Assembly (NCBI GenBank): GCA_030390025.1
Contig: CM059432.1
Coordinates: 100,876,001-100,940,000, forward strand
Length of the DNA: 64,000 nt
Direction of reading: 5' to 3'
DNA from: Squalus acanthias
Taxonomy: Eukaryota
How positions within the stretch are numbered: position 1 is the stretch's first letter; every line of letters starts with the position of its first letter. Shown here in pieces: positions 51,906 through 64,000 of this stretch. The notes under the pieces were generated by a model. The model made no database searches. It was not told the origin of the DNA and worked only from the letters and a program-made list of their open reading frames with translations. Position numbers and translations under genes: made by a program.

Positions 51906-52856
51906 AAAAGATACCTTGGGTCAGTTAGGTCAGTTATCAACATCAAGTGCAAAAATAAATATAGTAATATGTACATATTTGTTTATCCATGTCATTCTTT
52001 GCTTCACCACACACAAGTGGAAAGTTTTTCAGTCAGATTGGGGGACACACGCGCAGTTCATAAATTATTTCAGATAACCTGTGTGAAGAAACCCTGACTT
52101 CATACTTAAAATTTCAGCATGAGCTGATCTTTAATTCAGCTTCTTGTATTAACTGGCTGCCCCTCACTCTTGTACCTTGCTTGCACTGCTTCACACTGAG
52201 TGGCGATGCTAATGCAGGGGCTTTGTGGTAATATTCTGACCGATTTCATTGCCTGAAGACATGCAGAGATCAAAATGGTCCCTCCAGCATGAGACCAGGC
52301 ATTTATTTAAATGCCACTGCACTAATATGCAACAAAAGCCCAAGTCTGGAAGTAGTTTCATACAGGAATTACATCAATGCTGGCTGTGTGATGGTGGAAG
52401 GGGAGAAGGGATTTTCAATGCCAAGATGATTCCGAGGACTGATCCTGCTGGAATGACTCCCAACATTTTCTTGGATTTGCAAACAAGGTATTGGTGAAGG
52501 AAAATCTGAATTGAAAAAGCAAAGAATGGTAGATCAGCAAAAGGGTGGAAGGTCAATGGAAATAAATCAAAATAAGTAGAGTCAGAAACACCTAAGGTTT
52601 TCAGAAACAGGATGAGATTTATGAATGAAGCGTTAATAGCCTGAGAGCACAATTTTTGAAAATTATTAAATGTGTTGAATGGTTTTGCAGAAAGCCAGTG
52701 GGAAATAAAAGATACACAAACCAAGCTTCTCTGGAGGAAGGAAGGACGGAAACATGACAGAGACACTGAATTTCTTTTTTTCCAATATTTGAACTTTCAT
52801 CTCAATTGAATATCCCGTCACTTCAGTGTGCATATACGGTGTCATTTTGTAGGTTT

Positions 52857-53027
52857 GGGAGTAATTTTCAATTTTGCAGCTTGAGTGGCAACCTGGCGGA
52901 GCAGATTGCCTGCGCTTTATAGAACTCAGTAGAAATCAATGGACCGTAAATCAGGCGTGTGCGACTGTGCGTGGGCGATTCACTCCTCCAAGTTACTGCC
53001 CAGGCAGCAAAGTTTCAAATGAGCCCC
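52857..53027. mobile_element. Small palindromic MITE (~170 bp)
   Basis: ~45-bp imperfect inverted ends (gggagtaattttcaattttgcagc...ggcggag / ctcctcca...gcagcaaagtttcaaatgagcccc). Confidence 0.65.
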
Positions 53028-54599
53028 TTTATGTCAATTTTTTCATACTTAATCCTGCTTTCTGCCAATGCATGGAGCCATTCCTCTAATTAATGCATTT
53101 CTAATGATTTCCCTTGATAGCGATATTTTTTCTATTTAATAGTTTTTCGAATTTTGTTCCAGCATGTGTGAATACGTGTGTGTTGACAGTCTGAAAGGAT
53201 GGATGCAGCTTATTTGGGATATGTGCTTCCAGTTCCCGAGCAGTCTACTGAAACAAACCTATCCAGGTTCCCTGGCAGTGGAGTAGGAAATCTTAGCTGC
53301 AATCTTTCAGCCAAGTGTTTGATTTATGGTAATTTGGGGTTATTTCCTATTTCCCAAGCAGTTTAATGCTTTTTGTCAACATCTGTTTCTCCAAGCTTTT
53401 CATCATGTTTTCAGCCCATTGTCCCAGTTTTGTCACTGTCAATCACTTTTATTCTCACCTATGCAAAGTCCAAAAGGTTTTGTTGTTTTCTACACTCTTT
53501 TTCTGGTACGATAATGAATGAGTTGCGGAGAAAATGGATGATGATCTCAAAGTTCCTACCAAGAAAAGAAAGATGATAGCAGGGCCATCAAATACATATG
53601 GGGGTTTCTGCACGGCCTCTCCCAACATGTGCCGCACATGGTTGGGATAGCGGTAGAGTGCACTGCTATGCACCAACAGCCAAGAGGGGTTTAATTCATT
53701 GCAGGACAGCCTGGAGGAAATGACAGCCACAGGAGCATCTGCAAATTTTCCCCTGCATCATGAGAGATCCAGGCAAGTCAGTCAACTCAACGTGGAGGCA
53801 CTGAATGAAGGACTGCAGGCTTTGGGGGACTGCCTGGAAAGGTCAATATCAACTGGATTACAAATATACAGGGCAACATTTTGGAGGGATTAAAGGATAT
53901 TTGGTTGGTTCTCTCTCTGGGATTTAAGCATCTTTCTGATTCTGTGAGGTATGTTCTCCTACTGATCCCTGGTTACCAGAATCCTTTACCCCGGTGCCCG
54001 TGGAGAACTTGGTGCCAGTGCCTCAGAAACTGCTTTCACTCACAGCAGCACAGACGAGCACTTCATCAGCTTCCCCATAGAAGTCTTCATCTTTGCAGGA
54101 CCAGGGTGCTATGACAAAGTGTCAGCCTGACCCATGTCTATCCCAGGACTTGGGGACCCTGAGCGAAGGGCTACCTCCATCCAAAGAGCATCGTAACATT
54201 TTGCAGCAGTCGTCGACATCTCAGAACCCAGGCCTTCAGATGGCTCACTGGAGAAGCATTATAATAGAGCCGAGAAAAGCTTGGGTGATTGCAAGGAGTG
54301 TGCATGATGAATAAATCGAATGATGTGTGTTTTTTTTTTTAAATAGTTGTAACAAATCACTGGAACAGTTGCGGCAAGAACTGCTTGGTTCTCTTGTATC
54401 ACCATAGGGAATGGGTAATGTGTTGATGTTGAGGCTCAGGAGTAGGAGGTGATGGCTAGTTGTGAGGAGCAAGGACTTTACTTTGACCATAGAAAGGTTG
54501 GTAAAAGGTGGAAGATCTTTGATGGGCTGAGATTTCCAAATAATAGTGGTCTATTCATCTATGAAATTGGGTCAAATTAGTCCATCTCTCAGCTATCTA

Positions 54600-55630
54600 G
54601 CAGCACTCGCCACTGTACAGCATCAGCAGATTCATCATCAGGCTCTTTGGCATTCTCTGAAAATCTACCATCAGTTGTCTCTTAATAGCAAAGTACACAT
54701 CTACCACAATTCATGTGATAGTGTTGGATGCACACTGCAAGGCACCGCCAGATCTATCCAGACACCAAAACATTGCTTTGATCATCCCTTTGGCTTGCTC
54801 AATTCTTATACTGTCTTTGTATGTGCTTCACTGTAGTGCTCCTCTGCAACATTGGTGGTCCTGCGAAGACGCATCATGAGCCATGGGAGTAGTGACTTAT
54901 CACACAGCAGCCATCCTGCTAGAAAAGTAGAGCTGAAATACTAAACTAATTACGTATAAAAACATCATGGCAATTTCAAGCAAGTTGTGAATTCATGTGC
55001 ACGCAACTGTGCCTGTCATCAGAAATGAGCTGCACATTTAGGTAATGGAAGCTTTTGTTGTGCTTATGAATATGGGGGTTTACGTTTGTGGCATGCAAAG
55101 TCACATGGCTGCAATCCACAGCCTCATCACCCTGAGGAATCCTGCGATTCTTTAATATTTGATGGCATTCTCTGTAATCTTCACGAAAATGCTGTTAAAT
55201 TGTATATATTGACCTGACCTGGCAAAGAGGGCATTGGTAACTTGTCTTACGGAGGAGTGCACAGCAAATTGGTTGATCTCACAAAGTTCCCTATGGCTCC
55301 CTGGAATGAACCTGTGGCATAAAAGTTGAGAGCTGTGATCATTTTGTCTGCCACAGCCAGAGATCTCTGTATTGTGGATATTAGTTGCAAACCTGGCTGC
55401 AGCAGCGAACAGACCTCCTCCCAATTTTCATGACAGAAGCACAGCCTGCTGAGACAGAGCTCGTGAGAAAGGTCTCGGAAAGTACATTTAGGTCGATAAA
55501 TTCTGCTGCATGAGCAGCACTGGGGTAGTCTTTCTTTTCTCTCATGTTGCCTGATTAACCAGGCTTCCCTCACAGCCTCCTGCTGCTTCTCTTCCTCCAG
55601 TATAAAAATCATGTGAATTGAGATTGCCAT
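54600..55630 (-). pseudogene. Near full-length degraded Harbinger DDE transposase, with convergent Myb-gene remnant at ~53600-54300 on +
   Basis: RIYRPK..F.DLS.E.CL.RL.F...ALNFYATGSFQ (ORF 55247-55822), then frameshifted AVDCSHV, FHYLNVQL, CHD, GWLL.DK, PWLM. Confidence 0.85.
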
Positions 55631-56159
55631 TTGGAAGCTCATTGTGCAGCCCTTAGGTCTTATATAAGTAAATATCTTGAAATAGCATACCTTGCAATGG
55701 CAACATAGAATTGTAGGGGAAGGCTTCCTGAGTATGAGTAAACAAATTTGTGCAAAAGCTGCAGTGAGCCCCAGTATGTGGTCAAAAGTCTCCACAAGCA
55801 ATGTCAGTTGAGCAGAGTCCATTCAACCAAGTACCTCTGCCTTGATGAACAGGTCCTGGCAAGCAGCACCTTCTAAACAGTGACACACATTCTCAAGAGC
55901 AGAGGGAAGGCAGAAGTCATGGAATTTAGGACGGGTGATGTCATCCTATCCAAACTTCAACATTTGCATCTGGCTGAGGGGACAGGCACTTCTTCAGCAC
56001 ACCCTGAAACGGAACTGAATATTATACTGGTGTGCTTCTCCAGCAGAAGCCTGGCGTATATCAGCTCCATCAGAAATTCCTGGCCCCAGAAAGGCATCAT
56101 TGCTGACTTACACCCTCCCTCAATCCAGCAATTTTTGGGCTCTGGATGTTCAGTCTGGA

Positions 56160-56490
56160 AAGGAGACATTTAAGACGTGATCTTATAAAGGTGTATAAGA
56201 TAGTAAATGGTATGAGAAAGGTTAATCTGTAATATTACTTTAAATTTAACAGTGGGAGTAGAACAAGGGGACACAGGTTCAAATTAATAAAAGGTAACTT
56301 TAGGATAGGAAGTTCTTCTTCACACAGAGAGTAATCAACATTGGAATGGACTTCCAGACAGTGGTGGCGGCGAAAACGCTGGAATCATTTAAGAACAACT
56401 AGATGCAGCAATGTGGGGAGTGTAGGGTCATTTTGGATGGATGATTTAAGATAAGCCAAATGGCGTGCTGCTACATAAACACCTTGTGAC
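56160..56490 (+). mobile_element. Old CR1 3' fragment
   Basis: DLIKVYKIV...TRGHRFKL...FFFTQRVIN.WNGLP motifs. Confidence 0.75.
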
Positions 56491-56795
56491 TTTGAATTGT
56501 ACCTTAACTTGCTCCTGGGCACTGCAACCCTCTGGTTGGATCATTGACTTCAGCAGCTTCAATCCTTAGGAATCCCCTTCTTTTCCTATTAATTTCTCCC
56601 ATTCATATTCCATTATATTCCCTTCCATTTTAGAGCTGTTCGACTCAGCTTTTGTCTTTCCAATGCCTTTTCACCGTTCTGACAGTACATCATCCAGTGA
56701 CATTTACTTGTCGTTCTTCACCTCTTTGTTTTAGTCAGTCCTATAAAGGGGCTCACCATCCTTCCCTTTCAATTCTGACAACGGCTCCCACCCAA

Positions 56796-56868
56796 AATGT
56801 TAACCTGTCTTTTTTCTTTTCAGATGCTGATTGATCTGCTGCATATTTCTAGCATCTTCTGCTTTTGT
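56796..56868 (+). repeat. Half Penelope-derived terminal repeat
   Basis: aatgttaacc...cagatgctg...ctgctg.atatttctagcat.ttctg resembles 51019-51090. Confidence 0.55.
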
Positions 56869-57116
56869 TTAGCAAATCTATTTCTTTGGAAAGGTTTATT
56901 TTTATTCAGGTCTCAAATTAAGAGACATTACACAAGTTTGCCACGGGATACTTTCTTGCATCTACCATTCAAAATTCAGTATTTAAGAAAATAAAAATGA
57001 ATGTGTTTGGTGAAGTTTCTAATTGTTTCAACTGCACCCTCATGAAAATAATAATCCAAAACTCTTGTTTAAAGCAGATGATTGTATAACAGATCGGATG
57101 ATCAATAATGCACTTA

Positions 57117-57227
<111 letters not shown>

Positions 57228-58920
57228 TTAAAACAGATAAGACAACGACAGAGCATTTAGCATAGAACTTCCAAAAAGCCCAAGCATCAGGTCCTTTTTG
57301 TATTGACTATGTTTAATTCATAGCTGAAGAATGTCACTCTTTATTTTGCTCAATGCAAGCACATAGTTCCACTCATGACACATTTTGTGTAGAAAAATAA
57401 ATTAATATTTTCCTGCCTTTTCCTAAAATTATTACATTTAAAATGATAAAGAAGGTAGCTTAAATGTTCACTCCATCATAAATTCCAATAAAGTGAATTA
57501 CAACTCTTGGGATGCCACAGCTTTTCATTGTTTACTAGAGTCAGATTATAAAACATTTGAGTGATATTTGTGACACTTTGCTGTGAAAATGAAAATATAG
57601 TGCAAATCACATTTTCTATAGGGTAAGAAGGTTCCTCCTCCCGATATGCCGAAACACTTTGCATCTGGCAACACAAAGGCCTTGGCGATGCTGCAAATAG
57701 CATCAAATGTAATGGCTGTCATATAATCTCTTTGTGGACCATCAAACTGTTTCTACATTGTATGTATTGCAGCAGCACAATTTTAACATTGGAGTTTGCA
57801 ATCAAAGGAGAAAGTATCAAAACAGTTGTACATCGTACTGTGGCAATCTATAAGCAAACAAATCGGCAGCCAGGTTTTAAAGTTAGGAAAATCATTGGAA
57901 ATCAAACAGTTGGAGTTTGCAAGTCTTCTGAATTCTACTTTTATCAACACTTTCCTGGCAGGACCCTAATTTAGTTAATTTAGCATCAGTCCTAACTTTC
58001 TTCAAACATCATTTCTGGTGCAGAAATTTGTGTTTGGCAGACGTGAGTGATGTGCGATGAAAGGACATTCCTCACAAAAGATGCAACAATGAGATATCAC
58101 GCTGTCTTCTTTCACGCTCCAACACGTCTTTTAGCAGGAGGTCATCAATGCCATCTCCGTGGAATATCAAATTCGGAGAATTTAACAGTTGACTGTGATC
58201 AAAAAGCTTGTGAAAGTGTTGAGGTTATTTGAGAAATATGCTCAGGATATAAGATGCCACATAGCCTCACTGAACCAAGACTTTCAAATTGTACAGGTAT
58301 TCCAGTACCTGTTATGTTACAAAGTTTGTGCCAATTAAAAGTGGTTTTGGCTTCATACTGACACAAACTTGGCACTGTTATTCAGATAATGATGTCACCC
58401 GAATTGAATTTAGGAAAGCAAAGTGAAGCTGAGCTTGTTTTCTTCACACTTCTCAATCAGGTGGGTTGAAGTAGGGTCCAATCCAAAGCCAGACCTAATG
58501 TTGACAGTATTCTATATTATCAGGTAAACCTATGTCCCCAAGGACATTTTATATTAACAGATAATCTTGTGTCCCCCACTCTCCACCTTCCCAAAACAAA
58601 ACTTTATCTCCATACCAAGCTATGTGCAACAACCAAACTTTTCCAACCATCACTGATTCTAGGTCTCAAAGTGTTTATATTGCCTAGATTTCATATCTCC
58701 AAGAAAGAGTGGTATAATTTAAAGAAGAGCCCTTTTTGTCGAATGTTCATACAGAATGCAGTCAGTGTACAGGCCAGTCAACATTCACACAGAGATCTGT
58801 TGTATATCAAATATACGCAATTTCACTGATTTTTGGAGGGGCTTGTAATCCCATTTTCAATATACAATATATAAAGCTACGTTTAGAAGAGAGAAAGTGG
58901 CTATAATTGAGAGATGACAA

Positions 58921-61549
58921 TGGACTGGATTTTCTTCATTGGGACACCAGTATTCAGGTGTTTCCAGGTGGCCAACAGAGGAAAATTTAGGTGGGATGGA
59001 GGGTTGAGACCAATGCTCAGGCCTCTATACTAGAAATATCCAGGTAGATTTTCCTCTGTCCTGGTGGATTTTCCTCGCTGTCTCTTGCAGTCCAACCTGC
59101 AGCATGCAAATGAAGATAGGTTCGAGGGGTTTGAGGTTGGGCCACATTTCCCTTTCCTATCCTTCAGTGGCCATCAAGGATAGAGAACGCTTTTGGGAAA
59201 GAGGCATTATGGATTAGTCTGCGGTGAGCTCTATCTTTGAAGGCTGGAAGGGAATCGCAGTAGCCTTGAGGTAAATATTTAAATTTTATTGCTTCAGTTT
59301 TTTCAAACTTTTTAAGAGGTTTTTTTTGAGAGTTTTATGAAGTTTTACTATATTTCTTTAAAAAAATTCTTTCAAGTTATTTTTTTAAAAGGGTCGTTAA
59401 GTATGTAAAAAGTATATTTAATAATTTTAAGTATCTTTAAAATTTTCATGGTGTACTTTCAAATTAATCTTGAGGACCAGTCCTCAGGAATCAATGGGAT
59501 CTCCTTTAGGCCTCCACCTATTCTTCTGTTTTGAAGAGAAAGAAGAGGGGGATCAGGTGTGAAGGAATAAGCCATATAACCTATTCAGAAAAATACACCA
59601 TTCTATGAAAGAATTCTGGCCTTATTAAAACATGACGAACTGGGTTTGGAAATCTAGAAACCTAACTATGAAAACGCATTCTGGCTATAGAGATAAGATA
59701 GCTGTTGAGACTGAATCAATAACCTTATTGAAACAGAAGGTTAAAGGCTCCGACAGGCTGAACCTTTCGGAATGAAACAATGGTTCACCCTGGACAAGGT
59801 GTTCTAATTTACACTTCGTAAAGAAGCACATAAAAGTAAGAAACATCTGCCTTCGTAAAAATGACATCAAGTAAAAAACACACCTGCTGTAACACCGTTT
59901 TTTATGGTAAACTTAGAACACCTAGAGAAGAGACATAATTCTGTAATGCTACCAGCTGAGGTGACTGTAAGAATTGCAGGGGTCAGCAGAAAAATGACGA
60001 GAGATAATTAGCTTACATCAGCAAAAACCCTTAAAGGAAATACCACTGGAAAAGGGTATAAATATTGAACTCTCAAATGGGATAACAGACTCGCTTTAAA
60101 GGGGCAAAGCGATTCTCGACTTCAGAGGCGGCTCTGTAAGTCTCCAACTCTTTTTACCTCGGGGATCAAAGGTATTTGATTTTGGTGGATATCCTGTAGA
60201 ACACTAAGAACTGCAAAACTGTAGCGAAGTTAAGATTTGAGAGTAAGGTTCTCTGATAATAGGATTGTAAGCTTTCTCTTTTTGGAACTGTTTATATTGC
60301 GATTGACTCACCAACTGTAAATTACATGTCGGTTCTTTAATAAATCTATATATTTTTAGAATTGTCTCACGTAAGACTTCTGTATCAAAAACTCGCGAAC
60401 TCAATCTCTGTACACTCTTTGGTGAGGAGTTGCAGAATTCTGGGGGAGTTTTCCGGACCCTCATAATATCCGGAACGTTACAGTCTAGCTAAACTTATTA
60501 AAAGTGCTATCTGGAGGACGGTAACATTTTCAGGTTGTTCCTTTCCTTTAGGGAGAGATGGTCCAGACCTTTAGACCCAATTAAGTGTCTTTAGGATTCG
60601 GCGACCTCAAACTTTAGTTGAAAGTGAACGTCTGAGAAATACGCCTGATCCGGGGTAGCCCTAAAGGGGCTAGGACTAGTAATTATCACTTCACAGGAAG
60701 CCAGGGCAAACATGCACCACAGATGGTCTTGGGTGCCTGCTGCTCCTTCTTGCAGGGAAATCCCTTAACTTGTCCCAAATCATTTGCACCTATCCCATCA
60801 TTGACAAAAACATGTTACTAACAACAAATCTGACATCGTTCTTACTGTGTGAGGCTGCAATGGCTCCCCTTGGTGCTTACTGACATGTGTTCTTTCAATC
60901 CTAGCTTTCTATGTCTCCTACAGCAGCAGGGGTTTCTGAGGTATTTGGCTCATGATTTGCAGCAGGAACTTTGGTGGAGTTGAGATGGTATTATCTTTTC
61001 TTTGATTGTGGGCCATTTCTCCTTTAACAAGAGAGTAGAGTCTGAAGACACTCTGTGAGCTATCATATGGAATGAAACCCTTAATTTCCAAAGGCATTCC
61101 TTAATGAGTTGAAGTGGCACTCAGTACCAAGGCTTTGGATCATGCTCTTTGTGGGTCTCCTTCCCTTAGGGCCTAAAAGCTAGGATCTCATTTGTTGCAT
61201 TACAGACAGTAACACCTCAGTTGAGTCTTTAAATTTGTGGGCTTGGTACCCTTAGGAAATGCCAGCCTCAGACACTGCAATGAGCCACATTATTACAGAC
61301 ACTAAATGGATGCCTTGACCCCTTCAGCTGCTGTAGCAGCACTGGATTTTCATCCTGCTCCCCCTGCCCACCACCAGATTTCTTCTGCTTAGAGAGAGTG
61401 CTAAGAGCACCTGGAAGCCACCATGAGTATATAATGAAGGTACATTGAGGAAAATTGGGCTGGTTCTCAGTGGTATAACACCAGTGGGTTTAAGAACAGT
61501 TCTAGAGCACTTCTGGCAGTAAATTTGCCAATGAGGAAAATCCAGTCCA
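58921..61549. mobile_element. Non-autonomous TIR (Harbinger-like) element hosting a solo LTR
   Basis: TIR tggactggattttcttcattg / caatgaggaaaatccagtcca (20/21 match). Confidence 0.8.
59558..60693 (+). mobile_element. Solo LTR (1136 bp) of an unassigned retrovirus or LTR retrotransposon
   Basis: TG...CA ends (TGTGAAG / CTTCA); CAGG on both flanks (59554-57, 60694-97); TATAAAT at 60057; AATAAA at 60339; CpG retained relative to flanks; no PBS downstream. Confidence 0.72.
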
Positions 61550-62202
61550 GTATCTCCTTAATGGACAGGGGAATCTCTGTAAAATTACAAACTTAACTCC
61601 CATTTAGGCTTTTAAAAGTTCAAAGTTATGCTTCTCCAATAATGGAGATGGCATTTTCCCTGCTGGTGTGCTTATGAGTTTGCATCTTGATGCCACTGGA
61701 TCACGTGAAAACAAAATGATCAGAGGGGCTATTAAATGAATGCTGGTAGACCCAAACCAAGAAGGTGCCACCACACATTCAGCAGTAAATAGCATGAAAA
61801 GAGTGCTTCATTAACACGCTGGTTGCACAGGGTGTTGTGCTGTTCTGTTGCTACTACTATTGCTATTGGAGCCTGGAAAGACTGTTGAGGAGACAAGCCC
61901 TATAAAAAAGTAACGAATTTGGAGGTCTGGTGTTGCGATCGCTCCTTTGGTAAAATGGCTGGAAAAATAACCACAGTGGTTTTACTTTTGTTGTCCTGGT
62001 TGGAACACTTCATGACTAAGAGATTTTATTTTAGTATTTTTCCCCTCATACACTTAGTGTGATTTTACTTTTCCTTTAGTTGCCCTTTTAAAACTTGTTT
62101 TTGTGTTGATCAAGGTGAGGATGTTAGTGCTATGGAATAAAATAGCTTCAAATTTCGGGTATCCCATGTTAGCACCAAGTACTCCCAGATCATGTGTAAC
62201 AG

Positions 62203-63516
62203 TAAGAACATAAGTAGTAGGAGCAGGAGTAGGCCATTTGGCCCTTCGAGTCTGCTCCGCCATTAAATTAGATCATGGCTGATCTTCTACCTCAACTCCA
62301 CTTTCCTGCACTATCCCCATATCCCTTGATTCCCTTAATTTCCAAAAATCTATCGATCTCTGTCTTGAATATATGACTGAGTCTCCACAGCCCTCTGGGG
62401 TAGAGAATTCCAAAGATTCACCACCCTCTGAGTGAAGAAATTTCTCCTCATCTCAGTCCTAAATGGCCGACCCCTTATTCTGAGATGGTGACCCCTGGTT
62501 TTAGACTCCCCAGCCAGGGGAAACATCCTCCCTGCATCTACCCTGTCAAGCCCTGTAAGAATTTTGTATGTTTCAATGAGATCACCTCTCATTCTTCTAA
62601 ACTCTACAGAATATAGGCCTAGTCTACTCAATCTCTCCTCATAGGACAATCCCCCCATCCCAGGAACCAGTCTGGTGAACCTTTGTTGCACTCTCTCTAT
62701 GTCAAGTATATCCTTCCTTAGGTAAGGAGACCAAAACTGGACACAATACTCCTGGTGTGGTCTCACCAGGGCCCTAGATAATTGCAGTAAGACGTCTTTA
62801 CTCTTATACTCAAATCCTCTTGTAATAAAGGCCAACACACCATTTGCTTTCCTTATTGCTTGCTGTACCTGCATGTTAACTTTCAGTGATTTGTGTACAA
62901 GGACACCTAGATCCCCCTGAACACCAACATTTCCCAATCTCTCACCATTTAAAAATACTCTGCTTTTCTATTTTTCCTACCAAAGTGGATAACTTCACAT
63001 TTCTCCACATTACATTCCATTTGCCATGTTCCTGCTCACTCACTTAGCCTGTCTATATCCCCTTGAAGCCTCCTTGCATCCTCCTCACAACTTACATTCC
63101 CACCCAGCTCTGTATCATCAGCAAACTTGGATATGTTAAATTTGGTCCCCTCATCCAAACCATTGATGTAGATTGTGAATAGCTGAGGCCCAAGCACTGA
63201 TCCTTGCAGTACCCCACTAGTTACAGCCTGCCAACCCAAAAATGACCCGTTTATTCCTACTCTCTGTTTACCAATCCTCAATCCATGCTAGTATATTACC
63301 CCCAATCCCATAAGACCTAATTTTGTTTAATAACCTCTTGTGTGGCACCTTATCGAATGCCTTCTAAAAGTCCAACTACACCACATCCATTGGTTCCCCC
63401 TTATCTATTCTGCTAGTTACAACATCAAAAAACAGATTTGTCAAACATGATTTCCCTTTCGTAAATCCGTGTTGGCTATGCCCAATCCTATTATTATTTT
63501 CTCAGTGCCCTGTTAC
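62203..63516 (-). mobile_element. 5'-truncated CR1 LINE (RT to tail)
   Basis: ORFs 63036-63281 (GVLQGSVLGP, KFADD) and 62350-62937; same subfamily as 38096-39322. Confidence 0.95.
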
Positions 63517-64000
63517 CTGGAAGGGGTGTTTGGGACCCTGGACAGCCCGGCACCTTCCCGTGCAAGCGCAGGAGATGCAACACATGTCCTTTTACCTCCT
63601 CTCTTCCCACTGTCTAGGGCCCCAAACACCCCTTCCAGGTGAAACAGCGATTTACTTGTACTTCTTGCAATTTAATGTACTATATTCGCTGCTCATGATG
63701 CGGTCTCCTCTACATTGGGGAGACCAAACGCAGATTGGGCGACCGCTTTGCGGAACACCTCCGTTCAGTCCGTAAGGGTGACCCTGAGCTTCCGGTCGCC
63801 TGTCACTTTAATTCTCCGCTTCACTCCCACTCTGATCTCTCTGTCCTCGGCCTATTACATTGTTCCAATGAAGCTCAACGTAAGCTCAAGGAACAGCACC
63901 CCATTTTTCGACTAGGCACTTTACAGCCTTCTAGACTCAACATTGAGTTCAACAATTTCAAACTATAACCCCTGCCCCCATTTTTCATGCTGTATGATTT
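63515..64000 (+). mobile_element. Penelope-like element, Zn-linker and GIY-YIG C-terminus, runs off window end
   Basis: PGTFPCKRRRCNTC...CGLLYIGETKRRLGDRFAEHLRSV...VACHFNS...LNIEFNNFKL*; 3' UTR matches 50090 onward. Confidence 0.92.

Noticed and set aside
54600..55630. Domesticated HARBI1 or NAIF1/MSANTD host genes
   Set aside because: All Harbinger-derived frames in the window have stops, frameshifts or deletions and sit in TE context.
59532..59553. Purine run as the PPT of a proviral 3' LTR
   Set aside because: It is separated from the TG by several bases including the TSD, no pol/env-like sequence lies upstream, and it continues naturally into the downstream flank; not fully excluded.
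59888..60482. Alternative LTR boundaries TGTAAC...GTTACA
   Set aside because: No matching flanking duplication, and the distinct composition extends beyond them; 59558-60693 has a CAGG TSD.
59558..60693. Hidden coding sequence in the CpG-rich block, including reversed or complemented readings
   Set aside because: Only short frames under about 90 codons, with no recognisable domain.

Overview
Vertebrate genomic DNA, most likely a cartilaginous fish (shark) judging from the repeat families. The only host coding sequence I can support is two consecutive minus-strand internal exons of CSMD3, encoding part of a CUB domain (57118-57221 and 48323-48435). The rest of the window is intron, densely packed with transposable elements. 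These include many CR1-type LINE fragments, old L2 remnants and Deu-domain and other tRNA-type SINEs. There are also Penelope (GIY-YIG) fragments with inverted arms carrying a decayed minimal hammerhead motif, a Hero/R2-group restriction-like-endonuclease remnant, and many PIF/Harbinger elements. The Harbinger group comprises convergent Myb/SANT-gene + DDE-transposase derivatives and MITEs with 3-bp TSDs. Four observations stand out: (1) a CpG-rich 1136-bp solo LTR with a CAGG target-site duplication that I cannot assign to a family; (2) a ~750-bp MITE family, two copies, with several covarying hairpins plus conserved promoter motifs and a splice donor; (3) one of those MITEs inserted exactly at a Penelope hammerhead cleavage triplet; (4) a three-exon Harbinger Myb/SANT gene with an expanded Met-heptad coiled coil. 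Family and gene assignments come from recognition of motifs, not from database searches.
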